Virus record (IMG/VR): IMGVR_UViG_2974666281_000001
Location: 1-64,000 of that record
DNA from: a virus
Taxonomy: Duplodnaviria > Caudoviricetes
Reading direction: 5' to 3' (one strand)
DNA length: 64,000 bases
Shown: piece by piece, positions 1 through 10,012 of the stretch
How the letters are laid out: the number at the start of each line of letters is the position of its first letter
Position numbering within the stretch: the stretch's first letter is position 1
Position numbers and translations under genes: made by a program
Notes under the pieces: generated by a model
What the model was told of the DNA's origin: nothing
Seen by the model: only the letters and a program-made list of their open reading frames with translations
The model's database searches: none

Positions 1-2169
1 TTACGAGCCCAGATTCAGTAGTTTAGCAAAGTCGGCAGCTTGTGTTTCAGACATACTATACCGACCTTTCATGTATTCAGAAAGAACAACGTTCTCTTTC
101 TCAAATTTCTTAACCCGTGCTTCTTGTTTGTCTGTTGCAAATTCAGTCAGACTTTCAAAAATGTTTCGAGCAAGTTTATGTTCATCGACATTCTCAGTCC
201 AGCTATTTTTGAACGACATAGCATAATTCTTCAATTTCATAGCCGCAGCAGAAACAGAACCACGTTCAGTGAAGAATTTGTCCATTGGAGCCAGACATTT
301 GTGTTTATTGATATGACGAGAATAATATGAATAAGAGCCAGAATCAACTGTATATTCATCATAGTCAACAGTATCAATAAGTTCGATAAAGAATTCACTC
401 ATACGTTTGTACAGTGATTTTAACTTATTATTCTTGTAAGCATACTTCCAAACAGCAGGACGAAGCACAATGTATTCTTTAATGTCGTCAATATATTCTA
501 CACAAGTCTTAATAGAATATTCAGCGATGTTGTGGATAATCTTACCGTCGATATCATAAAAATCATCACGATTTTTAAAGAGAACCCATTCTTCATCTAA
601 GTCGTAAACATCTTTAGCCGACAAGAACAAATCTGTATGATCAAGACCACCACTAGGATTTTTAACCAAGCGATAACCATTAGGTGATTTAGGACGAACT
701 GCACTTGGTCCTTTATTGACTTCTTCTTTTTTAACAATACCTTGGGCTTCAGTCAGTTCAGACATTTTGTAAACTTCGACTGGGTCTTCACCAAAGAAGG
801 TTTTAATCAATGCTAGAGTCTTCATCTCAAGTTCAGAGTTGACATCAAACATAACGATATCATCAAATGTCTTGAGCTTAGGATAACCAGCAGGCAATTT
901 ATCTTCACGAGTTAGTTGAGCTAATCCACGAATCGTGTCAAGCTTCTTATTGTTCTTAACATCGTTCAGAAGAACAACCAGCTTTTCAGTGTTATGACCA
1001 TACAGGCGATTCACTGAAGCAGTCTTAGAATTAGAAGACCATTTAATACGTTTACGAGTAGGAGAAGTACACATCTCGTATGCGCAGCCAACTTCAGCAA
1101 AATACTTAGGAATTTCGTGCATAACCTGCAACTGGCGCCAGTTATATTTTTTAACGCCAAATACTACTGAACGGTTCTGTAAGAAGTTTCTGGCATCATA
1201 AGACAAATTATCAACCATACGGTGAATCTTACGATCATTCGTTTCATTAGCGAAATCTTTCAGGTCTTCTTCTAGAACCTTTTTACCAAGCTCTTCAATA
1301 CGCTTACGGACGTTTGCAGTGGTTTGTTCGTCAAATGAAAGTTCTTCACGTGATGGTGTGATATCGAGTTCGCCAAGAGCAAAGCGAACAAAAGTAATAT
1401 CGTTTTTAATCTGAAGCCAAGATTTGGTTAACCCAGGGCATTCGTTCAATGGATAAACAATGTTACCATACAGAGCGTAGATGCCTTCATTTTCAAAGCC
1501 ATTATAGTTATATGGGATGCTATAAGTGTCTTCAAATTCAGGGAAGAAGTCAATTTCTGTTTTAGTCCCAGTGAGTTCTACTTTGCCTGCGAATGGACGA
1601 AGAACATAACGAATTTCTTTCAACCAAGAACTCAAATCATTCATTTTAACAGGAACAGTGATTTCAATACCGGTTTCATCGCCTTCTTTCATTTGTTCTA
1701 CAAAAGTAGGTTTCAGTACAGGTTCACCGTCATCAAGCATAGCGTTGAAGCCACGAATCATTCCATCATGATAAGAAACAACTGTGAATGTTTCAGTATA
1801 ACTAAATGGGGATTTAGAACCAAGGCCTAATGCACCAATGAAATCATTACTGTTCGACTTAGTTGAAGCAAAATAAGTCGTGTACAGGTTCAGAACATCG
1901 TCTTCGCTCAGACCAGGACCAAAGTCACGAATAACAAATCGTGGGTCCAGCTGAGAAGGAGCTTTAATTGTAAATGGCTTAGTCTGACCATTTAAGAAAT
2001 GGGCATCGATACAGTTACAAGACAGCTCGCGAATAATTGCACGAATCTTGTTTTTGTACAGATTAGAAGACAAGATTTTAAATGCCTTCGCTGACGTAGC
2101 GATACTAAACTTTTTAGATGCCTGATTTCCTGAACCCAGGATTACTTCATCGTCTGTAACTAATTTCAT
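1..2169 (-). CDS. rIIA: RIIA lysis-exclusion protector (GHKL ATPase-like N-terminus)
   Basis: LSSNLYKNKIRAIIRELSCNCIDAH, RDFGPG and GALGLGSKSPFSY motifs of T4 rIIA; stop codon at 1-3. Confidence 0.95.
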   Translation of the reverse strand: MKLVTDDEVILGSGNQASKKFSIATSAKAFKILSSNLYKNKIRAIIRELSCNCIDAHFLNGQTKPFTIKAPSQLDPRFVIRDFGPGLSEDDVLNLYTTYFASTKSNSNDFIGALGLGSKSPFSYTETFTVVSYHDGMIRGFNAMLDDGEPVLKPTFVEQMKEGDETGIEITVPVKMNDLSSWLKEIRYVLRPFAGKVELTGTKTEIDFFPEFEDTYSIPYNYNGFENEGIYALYGNIVYPLNECPGLTKSWLQIKNDITFVRFALGELDITPSREELSFDEQTTANVRKRIEELGKKVLEEDLKDFANETNDRKIHRMVDNLSYDARNFLQNRSVVFGVKKYNWRQLQVMHEIPKYFAEVGCAYEMCTSPTRKRIKWSSNSKTASVNRLYGHNTEKLVVLLNDVKNNKKLDTIRGLAQLTREDKLPAGYPKLKTFDDIVMFDVNSELEMKTLALIKTFFGEDPVEVYKMSELTEAQGIVKKEEVNKGPSAVRPKSPNGYRLVKNPSGGLDHTDLFLSAKDVYDLDEEWVLFKNRDDFYDIDGKIIHNIAEYSIKTCVEYIDDIKEYIVLRPAVWKYAYKNNKLKSLYKRMSEFFIELIDTVDYDEYTVDSGSYSYYSRHINKHKCLAPMDKFFTERGSVSAAAMKLKNYAMSFKNSWTENVDEHKLARNIFESLTEFATDKQEARVKKFEKENVVLSEYMKGRYSMSETQAADFAKLLNLGS

Positions 2170-2179
2170 AATTTTCCTA

Positions 2180-2383
2180 TCAATTCAAATGTTTCTTCAT
2201 AAGTTCTGCTACTTTAAGAAGTTCTTCTTGAGTAGCTATTTCATTAACAATTTTAACACGTAAATCAGAAGCATAATCTTTAAATTCAATAGCCATTTCA
2301 TGGTCCCAGAACTTATCAATCATACGATATTCAAGAGATACAGCTTTGTCAAACAATTCGAGATTAACATTATAGACGCGCAT
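2180..2383 (-). CDS. rIIA.1: rIIA.1 conserved hypothetical protein
   Basis: YNVNLELFDKAV..EYR resembles T4 rIIA.1; synteny. Confidence 0.8.
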   Translation of the reverse strand: MRVYNVNLELFDKAVSLEYRMIDKFWDHEMAIEFKDYASDLRVKIVNEIATQEELLKVAELMKKHLN

Positions 2384-2705
2384 TTTCTACAGCCTTATGT
2401 TCGATAACATAATCAGATTTAAACTTACCACATTCAGCGAACGCCTGACGCATAGCGCGAATTGTTGATTGGTTATCAAAGTGTTTATACAGAAGCTTAA
2501 TAGCGAACACCTGCATATTAGGACCAATACGTTCATTATTACGCAATGAGGTACATACCGATTCTACCATACGATTGAAAGCGTTAATCTTTGCTTTATC
2601 TGGATTCTTAGATTCTTCAAGAACTAATTTTGCTCTATGTTCTAAAACATAAGCTAGTTGGTCAACATCTATAAGGGTCTTTTCATCAGTCATTTGTAGC
2701 CACAT
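2370..2705 (-). CDS. hypothetical protein
   Basis: ORF; start chosen at MWLQ behind a GAGGA SD. Confidence 0.6.
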   Translation of the reverse strand: MWLQMTDEKTLIDVDQLAYVLEHRAKLVLEESKNPDKAKINAFNRMVESVCTSLRNNERIGPNMQVFAIKLLYKHFDNQSTIRAMRQAFAECGKFKSDYVIEHKAVENARL

Positions 2706-2730
2706 AATATTTTCCTCAGGTTCAGATACA

Positions 2731-2770
2731 AAAAAGGACATGGCTATAATAAACCATGTCCTTTAAAGCG
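2731..2770 (-). promoter_or_regulatory. inverted repeat AAAGGACATGG/CCATGTCCTTT followed by a U-run (terminator), overlapping a possible middle promoter
   Basis: 11-bp perfect IR with TATTAT in the loop and CGCTTTA upstream on the minus strand. Confidence 0.55.
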
Positions 2771-2771
2771 A

Positions 2772-2924
2772 TTAGTCTACACGACTAACCTGTCCAGTGA
2801 CTTTAACACGGGTTCCATCCGGCTGTGTTACAAAAATAGTAACACGGTCACCAGGTAGAGGTTTCGCGTCTGCCCACAGGTAACCATAGGTTCCGTCAAG
2901 CAGTGTAATCCACCATCTATACAT
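2772..2924 (-). CDS. small hypothetical protein
   Basis: AGGAG SD before MYRWW; late-like TAATAAATA at about 2962-2970. Confidence 0.55.
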   Translation of the reverse strand: MYRWWITLLDGTYGYLWADAKPLPGDRVTIFVTQPDGTRVKVTGQVSRVD

Positions 2925-2967
2925 AAAAGCTCCTTTTATAGTAGGGCACATCACCCTACTATATTTA

Positions 2968-4806
2968 TTAGCTCATCCAGGTCTTACGAAGTTCTGGATT
3001 ATCACCTAATAGCATTTCAAAAAGTTCTTTCCAGTTATCAGGCAGCTTAACAACATCGTAAACGGGTTCCATGATAACACGTTTGTATTCTTCACGTTTC
3101 AATGAACCGAGACCTTTGATATAACGAATATCGTAGCCCTTGAGACGTTCCTTGGCCTTTTCATATTCAGCCAAATCATACAACCATTCTTCTTTCTTGC
3201 CTTTAGTAGCAATGATTACAGGGGTCTTAACGAAACGAATACGTCCTTGTTCGAACAACTCAGGCCATTGAGTAAAGAAGGCCAGCAGTGAAGGATAAAT
3301 TGAACCTGTTCCATCGACATCAGCATCAGTCATAATACCAATATTACGATAGTTCATTGAATCAGCCTTTTCACCAATGGTCAATCCGGTGATTGCACAG
3401 ATATCAAATGCTTCTTTGTTCTTAAGAATATCAGCTGTAGACATACCCCAGGTGTTCATGAACTTACCACGTAATGGATAACCACCATGTAGTTCTCGGT
3501 CGCGAACTTCAATCAGATAGCCAATTGCCGAGTCACCTTCTGTTAAGAACAATGTTGTGTCTAATTTATCATCACCATATTTGTTAGGCTTGATGTGTTT
3601 GGCAACTTTGGCTTTTTGAGCCTTCTTAGCAGCTTTAGTTTCAGCAGCCTTTTCAGCAGCAATTTTACGAGCTAATGCTGCTTCAATAATAGGCATCAAT
3701 ACTGCTTCAGATTTCAAAATCTGTTGAGCAATCTTTTTAGTGTCTAATTGAATATGAGAGCGAATTTCGCCAAACGGAGAAGTCAATCGTTCTTTAGTCT
3801 GAGAATCGAAACGCATGTTCTTCATACCACGAACAAACATCACAAAAGTCAGACATTCTTTAACTCTGGCCTTAGTGACTTCAATTTTATGCTTTCGCTT
3901 GATTGCTGGCAGAAGTTCTTCGCAGATGTCATCCATCACACAATCAATATGGTGACCACCATTCTTAGTATGAATGTTATTCACATAAGTCAGATGACGG
4001 AAGCCATCTGGTGAACGACCAATAGCTATTGAACAATTATCAGCGTCAGCAATAACAGCTTCTTCGTCAAATTGTTTAGCAAACTTCTTGAAGTTACCTT
4101 GTACTTTTTTACCGTTGAACTTAAACTCAATATCTGGATAAACTACAGCCAGAGTTTGAAGCCGATCAAGAATAATATCAAGATATTCTTGGCTGAGTTC
4201 GTTAGTTTCGAAATGACTAAAGTCAGGAATAAACGAAACTAATGTACCTGTTTTAGCAGTTACATGTTCTTTATTTTTAGCTGGTTTTGTATCCCAACTA
4301 ATATTCTCTGCACCATTTGAGCAACGAACAACGATTTCATTTTTACCATCGCAAGTTGCGCCAGCGAAAGTAACAGAGAAGATATTAGTCAAAGAAGAAC
4401 CAACACCGTTCATACCGCCGGTTTCACGGTCTGCATCATCACCGAAGTTACCACCTGCTTTAGGACGAGTCCATGCAGCAACTGGTCCAGGGATTTCAGT
4501 TCCTTCAGGAGTCATAACAGGAGTTTGTGGAATACCACGGCCGTTATCTTCAACAATAACTTTATTACCACGAACTTCTACAGAAATTTTATTTGCATGA
4601 GCAAATCTAGTACGAATAGCTTCATCCACAGAGTTATCAATGATTTCATCAATCAGTTTAATAACGCCTGGGACGTATTTGACTTTTTCAAATTTACCGA
4701 ACAAAAAACGTTCGTGTTCTTCGTTAGAAGAAGAACCAATGTACATCCCGCTACGTTTGATAATGTGTTCACGGTCAGACAGAATTTTAATTTCGTTCTT
4801 AATCAT
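2968..4806 (-). CDS. 39: type II topoisomerase large subunit, uninterrupted gp39+gp60 fusion
   Basis: EIIDNSVDE, DNGRGIP, GGMNGVG (GHKL); TEGDSA, PLRGK, MTDADVDG (Toprim); YIKGLGSL. Confidence 0.97.
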   Translation of the reverse strand: MIKNEIKILSDREHIIKRSGMYIGSSSNEEHERFLFGKFEKVKYVPGVIKLIDEIIDNSVDEAIRTRFAHANKISVEVRGNKVIVEDNGRGIPQTPVMTPEGTEIPGPVAAWTRPKAGGNFGDDADRETGGMNGVGSSLTNIFSVTFAGATCDGKNEIVVRCSNGAENISWDTKPAKNKEHVTAKTGTLVSFIPDFSHFETNELSQEYLDIILDRLQTLAVVYPDIEFKFNGKKVQGNFKKFAKQFDEEAVIADADNCSIAIGRSPDGFRHLTYVNNIHTKNGGHHIDCVMDDICEELLPAIKRKHKIEVTKARVKECLTFVMFVRGMKNMRFDSQTKERLTSPFGEIRSHIQLDTKKIAQQILKSEAVLMPIIEAALARKIAAEKAAETKAAKKAQKAKVAKHIKPNKYGDDKLDTTLFLTEGDSAIGYLIEVRDRELHGGYPLRGKFMNTWGMSTADILKNKEAFDICAITGLTIGEKADSMNYRNIGIMTDADVDGTGSIYPSLLAFFTQWPELFEQGRIRFVKTPVIIATKGKKEEWLYDLAEYEKAKERLKGYDIRYIKGLGSLKREEYKRVIMEPVYDVVKLPDNWKELFEMLLGDNPELRKTWMS

Positions 4807-4830
4807 TTCATTTCCTCATGTAGTGGATGT

Positions 4831-4855
4831 ATCTTACTACTCTCTATAAAAAGCA
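4831..4855 (-). promoter_or_regulatory. MotA-dependent middle promoter of gene 39
   Basis: TGCTTTT-12 nt-TAAGAT. Confidence 0.7.
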
Positions 4856-4874
4856 AAAAGGGCCGAAGCCCTTA
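4855..4874 (-). terminator. intrinsic terminator with UUCG loop
   Basis: AAGGGC-TTCG-GCCCTTTTT. Confidence 0.85.
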
Positions 4875-5120
4875 TTCAAATCGAATAGTACTGTTCTTAA
4901 AGATAATTCCTGAACAAACAGCGCCTTTAACTTGCTTACCAGTTGGTCCAGTGGCAATAAAACCAGTAGACTGAGTGTCTTTCTCAGAACAAGAGAAGAA
5001 GCTATAGCCAGTGATTTCAATATCTGTGAAGCCATTAGCATCCAACAGACGAGTCGCATTATCGGCGTCAGTACAACCTACAGCCAGAACTGCGAGCATA
5101 GCAATAAGAATCTTTTTCAT
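4872..5120 (-). CDS. small lipoprotein (39.1-like)
   Basis: signal peptide with lipobox LAVGC. Confidence 0.7.
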   Translation of the reverse strand: MKKILIAMLAVLAVGCTDADNATRLLDANGFTDIEITGYSFFSCSEKDTQSTGFIATGPTGKQVKGAVCSGIIFKNSTIRFE

Positions 5121-5299
5121 TAATAATCACCGTTTTTAAAGCCGTTATAATGAACAGCTGGAGCAACAACTGTTTCACGTTTCATTAAACCTAGACAACC
5201 TTTAGGGCTATTACATGGGATAAGATTGTCTCGTTCAGAGACCTTTTTAATCTTTTCTACTTTATGTCCACAAGAACATTTATATTCATACAGAGGCAT
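5120..5299 (-). CDS. FmdB-like zinc-ribbon protein (39.2-like), 59 aa, not in the ORF track
   Basis: hand translation MPLYEYKCSCGHKVEKIKKVSERD..C..C. Confidence 0.8.
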   Translation of the reverse strand: MPLYEYKCSCGHKVEKIKKVSERDNLIPCNSPKGCLGLMKRETVVAPAVHYNGFKNGDY

Positions 5300-5624
5300 T
5301 AATATGTCCCATCCATTTTTCGGTTTTAAGTTCTAATTGAGTCTGAAGAATACTCAGAACAATAGGACGATATTTTTCGTCACTTAAATGAGCATACTTT
5401 GGACGATAATGGAGCCACATTGCATCTAGTACACAGTTCAAAATATCAGCACATTCACCAGCGAAATCTTCTTTCTGGCGATGTGGACGGTTAATCCAAT
5501 CACAGGCTTCACCAGTTTCAGAAGCCAGCTGTAACATAACGTTACCAATATAACGGGTTGGAACATTTTTAGTAGCTGTTTCTGAAGCTGTCAGAACAGA
5601 ACTGAAATCTAATTTATTTGACAA
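5286..5624 (-). CDS. MazG-like all-alpha NTP pyrophosphohydrolase
   Basis: LASETGEACD...FAGECADIL motif; TTG start assumed. Confidence 0.7.
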   Translation of the reverse strand: MSNKLDFSSVLTASETATKNVPTRYIGNVMLQLASETGEACDWINRPHRQKEDFAGECADILNCVLDAMWLHYRPKYAHLSDEKYRPIVLSILQTQLELKTEKWMGHINASV

Positions 5625-6048
5625 AACGGAGTTCCTTAAGCCAGTCGATTGCTTTAAGACGAGTATATTCATCGTCGATTTCAAACTTAATTGTACCATT
5701 TACTTTCATGAAGCGTTCTTCAACTTCAAGTTTTTCTTGTGGTACCCAATAATTTTCAGGCCAATCAGCTAGCTCTTTTGGCGATACTAGAATAAAATGC
5801 CATCGCATATTGTCTGGGATAGCACAATAGTTCCAGTAATACTGTCCTTCTGGGGTGTATACATTAATTTTCAGGACGCGCCTTGAAGTATCTTCACCAT
5901 CAGGCCCAAATGAAGTGTCACGTTTAATAACGTCAAATGGGTTATTTCTCAAATCAGCAGCCATACGACGGTCCATAGGGCTAGATGAGTTTGCCAAAAC
6001 ATTATGTCCGTGATCGGTTAGTACATAAGTAGCATTTAAATGGAACAT
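5614..6048 (-). CDS. GoF/ComC-alpha-like protein (paralog 2)
   Basis: position beside cef; weak similarity (NPFDVI, C-terminal I.FEID..AI.WLK). Confidence 0.45.
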   Translation of the reverse strand: MFHLNATYVLTDHGHNVLANSSSPMDRRMAADLRNNPFDVIKRDTSFGPDGEDTSRRVLKINVYTPEGQYYWNYCAIPDNMRWHFILVSPKELADWPENYWVPQEKLEVEERFMKVNGTIKFEIDDEYTRLKAIDWLKELRFVK

Positions 6049-6404
6049 TAGTTCAACCACGCTGCAGAGATAGCTTTAATCGCACGTTCAGCCTGTTCTT
6101 TCGAAGATACAGTGAACACCATTTCATGACCTTCGTCTTCAGTGATTTCGGTGAAGAACTCGGCTTCATCACTAGTCAACATAAATGTTCTGTCGATAGT
6201 TCCTGGCCCAGTCCCAGCTTTCGCGCCGGAGGCCATAATAATGGTATGAACGTCGTAATCTTCTTCATCGTAATTAACAACACGGAAGTCGTTACCATGT
6301 TCAATAATCATTTTGGCAAAGGTATCGTTATAAATGTGAGAGTTCTTAAAACCTTGAACATCACTTAGAGTATAACGGCCGTTATTTTTGAATTTTTGAG
6401 CCAT
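6048..6404 (-). CDS. goF: GoF/ComC-alpha-like mRNA metabolism modulator
   Basis: FMLTSDEAEFFTEI resembles T4 GoF WLSTNEAGFFDEV; synteny. Confidence 0.6.
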   Translation of the reverse strand: MAQKFKNNGRYTLSDVQGFKNSHIYNDTFAKMIIEHGNDFRVVNYDEEDYDVHTIIMASGAKAGTGPGTIDRTFMLTSDEAEFFTEITEDEGHEMVFTVSSKEQAERAIKAISAAWLN

Positions 6405-6631
6405 TAGTAAGTTTCCTTCCAGTAAGAAGTACCATCTTCAGTGATTTCACGGAAGATACCGTAGATTGGCATTTCGTCTTCTACTTCAGCAAAAACATAC
6501 ACAACTTGAGTATGTGATATAAAGTCTGACCACTCTTTTTGAACTACAACCAATTCATTGCTGAACAGAACATCTTCGAATTCATCACGATTAGAATCGG
6601 TTGTAACGTTTTTCAAGTTCATGTAAGACAT
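6404..6631 (-). CDS. cef: Cef, modifier of suppressor tRNAs
   Basis: DEFEDVLF..LVVVQKE...PIYGIFREITEDGTSYWKE. Confidence 0.9.
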   Translation of the reverse strand: MSYMNLKNVTTDSNRDEFEDVLFSNELVVVQKEWSDFISHTQVVYVFAEVEDEMPIYGIFREITEDGTSYWKETY

Positions 6632-6649
6632 TTTTGAATCTCCAGTTTG

Positions 6650-6692
6650 TTGGTGTAGGAGTACTATACCATGCTCCTACACCAATGTAAAC
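6650..6692 (-). promoter_or_regulatory. early promoter with stem-loop
   Basis: GTTTAC-18 nt-TATAGT, TGG extended -10; 12-bp IR TTGGTGTAGGAG/CTCCTACACCAA flanks the -10. Confidence 0.85.
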
Positions 6693-6700
6693 ACTTTAGT

Positions 6701-7099
6701 TTAAACAGAACCGAAATTGTCCGGGCGAACTTTACCCAGTGGGTCTAGCAGGTTCACATTTACACTGGCATAATCGCCTTGGAACACGATGTTAGCGATG
6801 TTGCCTTCAACCAGAGTACACAGAGCCAGAAGACCTTCACATTTCTGTTGACCATCAGCAGATACGATATTTTTATTAACGCTAACATACTGGCCTTCTA
6901 AATTGAAAGGAACTTCAACAGTCAAGAACTTGCCACGAACGTAGCCAACACGACCCGAATCAGCTTTAATCACGAATTCTGCATCAGCAGAGCTAAAACC
7001 TTTAGCATTAACCTGCAGAACTACACCGGCTTCGCCTTTGATAGCAGAACGAGAAGCAGAAGAGACAACAACACGAGTACCAACAATAATATGAGACAT
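6701..7099 (-). CDS. motB: MotB DNA-binding transcription modifier
   Basis: SRS..KG and GYVRGKFL motifs as in T4 MotB; synteny. Confidence 0.75.
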   Translation of the reverse strand: MSHIIVGTRVVVSSASRSAIKGEAGVVLQVNAKGFSSADAEFVIKADSGRVGYVRGKFLTVEVPFNLEGQYVSVNKNIVSADGQQKCEGLLALCTLVEGNIANIVFQGDYASVNVNLLDPLGKVRPDNFGSV

Positions 7100-7116
7100 T
7101 CAATTCACCTTTTTAG

Positions 7117-7773
7117 TTAAGAAGTTTGTACATAATACCACTTATATCCATAAGCAGATTTACCATTTTTAAGAGCTTTAGAAATGTTAGAACTGTTCTT
7201 AAGCCCCATGTGTTTAGCAGCATCAAACATACTATCGAATATTTCTTCCGCAGTGTCTGAAATTCTTTTTACTTTTCTATCGATAAATTTAGGGTGGGTC
7301 TTCCCTGAATTAGTTAAGGCTATTTTAGCTTTGACTTCGTCTGACCTAGCTTTACCTCTTAGAGAGTTTTTCTCGCTTAAAGCATACTTACGTATCAAGT
7401 CTTTTGTTTCATCAGAAACAATTTTGCCTTTATGACATTTAGACATGGAATTTTTAAATTCTGGTGTATGTACATGCCCGTAGAAGCCGCCACCCCCACC
7501 GCCTAAAGCATTATTATAGGTATTTCTATCTAGAACTATATCTTCGGTAATTAGAAGTCTTTCCGCATCCATTGCTTCTTCTCTAGAAGAGTGATGTGAA
7601 AGGATTTCTTTTTTGAAATTATCTTTACCATATTTCTTTTTAGCAAGTTCAAACGACTTACCAGACCCTAAATAGCCATCTGACAAGTCGTTAGTAGAAT
7701 GAACCCCATAATAAATCTTACCATTACATAAGTTGGTAGTCTTGTACGTATAATGATAAGATTTTTCTTTCAT
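7117..7773 (-). mobile_element. free-standing GIY-YIG (Seg-type) homing endonuclease with NUMOD3-like repeats
   Basis: YTYKTTN..NGKIYYGVHST..DGYLGSG; HTPEFK, SDETK and SDEVKAKI repeats; C-terminal HTH-like segment. Confidence 0.9.
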
Positions 7774-8453
7774 CGCGATTTAGGAAGAGATAACGGATCG
7801 GCGTTACTTTCATCAGGGACTTCATCAAGTCCTAATGCATACCTCTGAGCATACTTGAGCATTAAGATGTCTTTAGCACAGTCATGAATAGAATCGTGCA
7901 TAACGAAACCATTTAACGTACCTGCTGGCAACGGGGTGGTAGATAGACCACGGACCATAGAGTAACATTCGATTGCTGTGCGGATATCGCGTTGATTCCA
8001 GAACTTACATGGTTCAGCAGTGAAGGTATCGATTTCTTCTTCAGGAACACCCTGTACACGTTGGATTTCACGAATATGGTCTGTAAAGATTGGGAAGTCA
8101 AACGACATGCCACGACACCAACCTTGAGAATTCCAAGCATCAATTCCTTGAGCCTTGAGATACATCAGGGCTTCTGTGATACCATCGACGATAGTCATAT
8201 CATGCTCTGTAGGAGCTAAGTTCAGGCGCGCTTCTGCGGACTGCTCTTTCCACCATTTGATGGTACCTTTAGAGAAGACACGATGTCCTTTCTGAGATGC
8301 TAGATTGAACTTAACTCGTTTACCACGAGCAACGAGTTCATCAAAGCTTTCTACCACAGTAGGGTCTGCATTAAAAGCAATTAACGCAAGGTCAATCACT
8401 GCTGCATTAGATGTAGAGCCAAAAGTCTCATAGTCAATAACGAAATCAATCAT
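7770..8453 (-). CDS. dexA: DexA exonuclease A
   Basis: DFVIDYET, RGMSFDFP, QRDIRT, HDSIHDCAKD. Confidence 0.95.
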   Translation of the reverse strand: MIDFVIDYETFGSTSNAAVIDLALIAFNADPTVVESFDELVARGKRVKFNLASQKGHRVFSKGTIKWWKEQSAEARLNLAPTEHDMTIVDGITEALMYLKAQGIDAWNSQGWCRGMSFDFPIFTDHIREIQRVQGVPEEEIDTFTAEPCKFWNQRDIRTAIECYSMVRGLSTTPLPAGTLNGFVMHDSIHDCAKDILMLKYAQRYALGLDEVPDESNADPLSLPKSR

Positions 8454-8679
8454 CTGTTGCCACCTTAAATTGTAGCACTAAATTAGCTACATGGTCACTG
8501 ATATAAAAGTCAGGTGCAAAACCTGTGAACCAGATAATTGCATCAGCTTTCGCTTTAATAGCTTCGAGTTCTTCAATAAGTTCCCAGCCTATCAATAAGG
8601 CTGGGTGCTCTGCAGAATCTAGCTGGATTTTAATAGACTTAATAAGATCGTCTAAATGTTCTTCGGTCATTCCGTACAT
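8446..8679 (-). CDS. hypothetical protein (dexA.2-like)
   Basis: ORF between dda and dexA. Confidence 0.6.
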   Translation of the reverse strand: MYGMTEEHLDDLIKSIKIQLDSAEHPALLIGWELIEELEAIKAKADAIIWFTGFAPDFYISDHVANLVLQFKVATDD

Positions 8680-8686
8680 ATTTCAC

Positions 8687-10012
8687 CTATACAAAATAAA
8701 CATCATGTCGAGCTCGAGTGCTGGAAACATAAGCTAACTGTTTAGCTAAGTCAATGTCTGCCAACGTGATGCACGGGGTATAAATGAACGCGTTGTCTAC
8801 GCTTATACCCTGTGATTTATGAATCGTGCTACAAGGAAGAGCTTTAACTTTCAAGAACGTTCGTTTGGCGTCCCAGAAATCAGCCCAATGTGGACGTCTT
8901 CCTGCTGATTTTAACTCACGATACGATGTAGCAACTTTAGCCAAGAACATATCGAATTTCTGCTTTTCATTATCATCAGCAAGGACTTTAATTGTTTCAC
9001 GTTGATAGTCATCATCTTCATCGACGGTTTCGACTTCAAGGTGCCAATACGAAATCATTTGCTTAACTGAAACGTCTCGGGCTTTCAGGAAAGTAGAAGT
9101 CAGTTTGCAATCAAGAATGCGAACCATCTGTCCGTTGTTAAAGATGATTTCATTGAACTTCTTGCCGTCGAATTCTAGAGACTTCATATACGGCTCTTGC
9201 ATAACTAACACTTCACCAACAATAAACGGACTTTCTGTTTCGTATAGTTTACGACGAATAATACCATTCAACTTGTCAACTGATTTGTTGGTATACGCAA
9301 GCATACGGGTTTCGAATAAGTCTTCAGGTGATTTGACTACATCGAAATACTTCATCATGTATTGTTGAAGTGGTTTATCACCATTGAAGCCGTGGAACCC
9401 ATGCCCATCTTCGATACATTCACGGAACCACCCACCGTTACGAATTTCAGTAGCGACTTTAATGATAGGTCCGTTAGAACGTTTCACTTCAGTCAATGTT
9501 ACTTGTTTGAAGCGATGGTCGCTAAAGAAAGGCGACTTAGATGGTAAACTATCACCTGGTGAAACTGGACGAAGCTGCTCTTCATCACCTATACCAATGA
9601 CAGTACAATGCGATGGGATAGTGTTCATCAAGATTTTGAATAAAGCACCATCATACATTGACCCTTCATCGCAAAGAAGAACTCGACACTTAGCTAGGTC
9701 AGGCATTTCTTTCTGTTCGAAGATACTTTCTGCTTCATATGTCGTTGGCGAGATTTTCAAGATGCTATGAATAGTAGCGGCTTGATGTCCTGACAATTTA
9801 GACAACACTTTCTTAGCCTGGTGAGTAGGCGCAGCCAGCATAATGCCTAACTCCCCGTTACGGACCAGATGTTCTAAGATAAACTTAGTCATCGTAGTTT
9901 TACCTGTGCCTGCAGGTCCGTTAATCATAACATGGTGTTTCTTAGTTCGGATAGCTTCGATTACAATTTCAAATGCTTCCTTTTGTCCTACTGTTAAGTC
10001 GTCAAATTTCAT
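8687..10012 (-). CDS. dda: Dda SF1 helicase
   Basis: GPAGTGKT, CDEGSM, TIHKSQG, YVSSTRAR. Confidence 0.97.
   Translation of the reverse strand: MKFDDLTVGQKEAFEIVIEAIRTKKHHVMINGPAGTGKTTMTKFILEHLVRNGELGIMLAAPTHQAKKVLSKLSGHQAATIHSILKISPTTYEAESIFEQKEMPDLAKCRVLLCDEGSMYDGALFKILMNTIPSHCTVIGIGDEEQLRPVSPGDSLPSKSPFFSDHRFKQVTLTEVKRSNGPIIKVATEIRNGGWFRECIEDGHGFHGFNGDKPLQQYMMKYFDVVKSPEDLFETRMLAYTNKSVDKLNGIIRRKLYETESPFIVGEVLVMQEPYMKSLEFDGKKFNEIIFNNGQMVRILDCKLTSTFLKARDVSVKQMISYWHLEVETVDEDDDYQRETIKVLADDNEKQKFDMFLAKVATSYRELKSAGRRPHWADFWDAKRTFLKVKALPCSTIHKSQGISVDNAFIYTPCITLADIDLAKQLAYVSSTRARHDVYFV

Noticed and set aside
2968-4806. Gene 60 translational bypass or mobA insertion
   Set aside because: The 39/60 frame is a continuous 612-aa ORF with no coding gap
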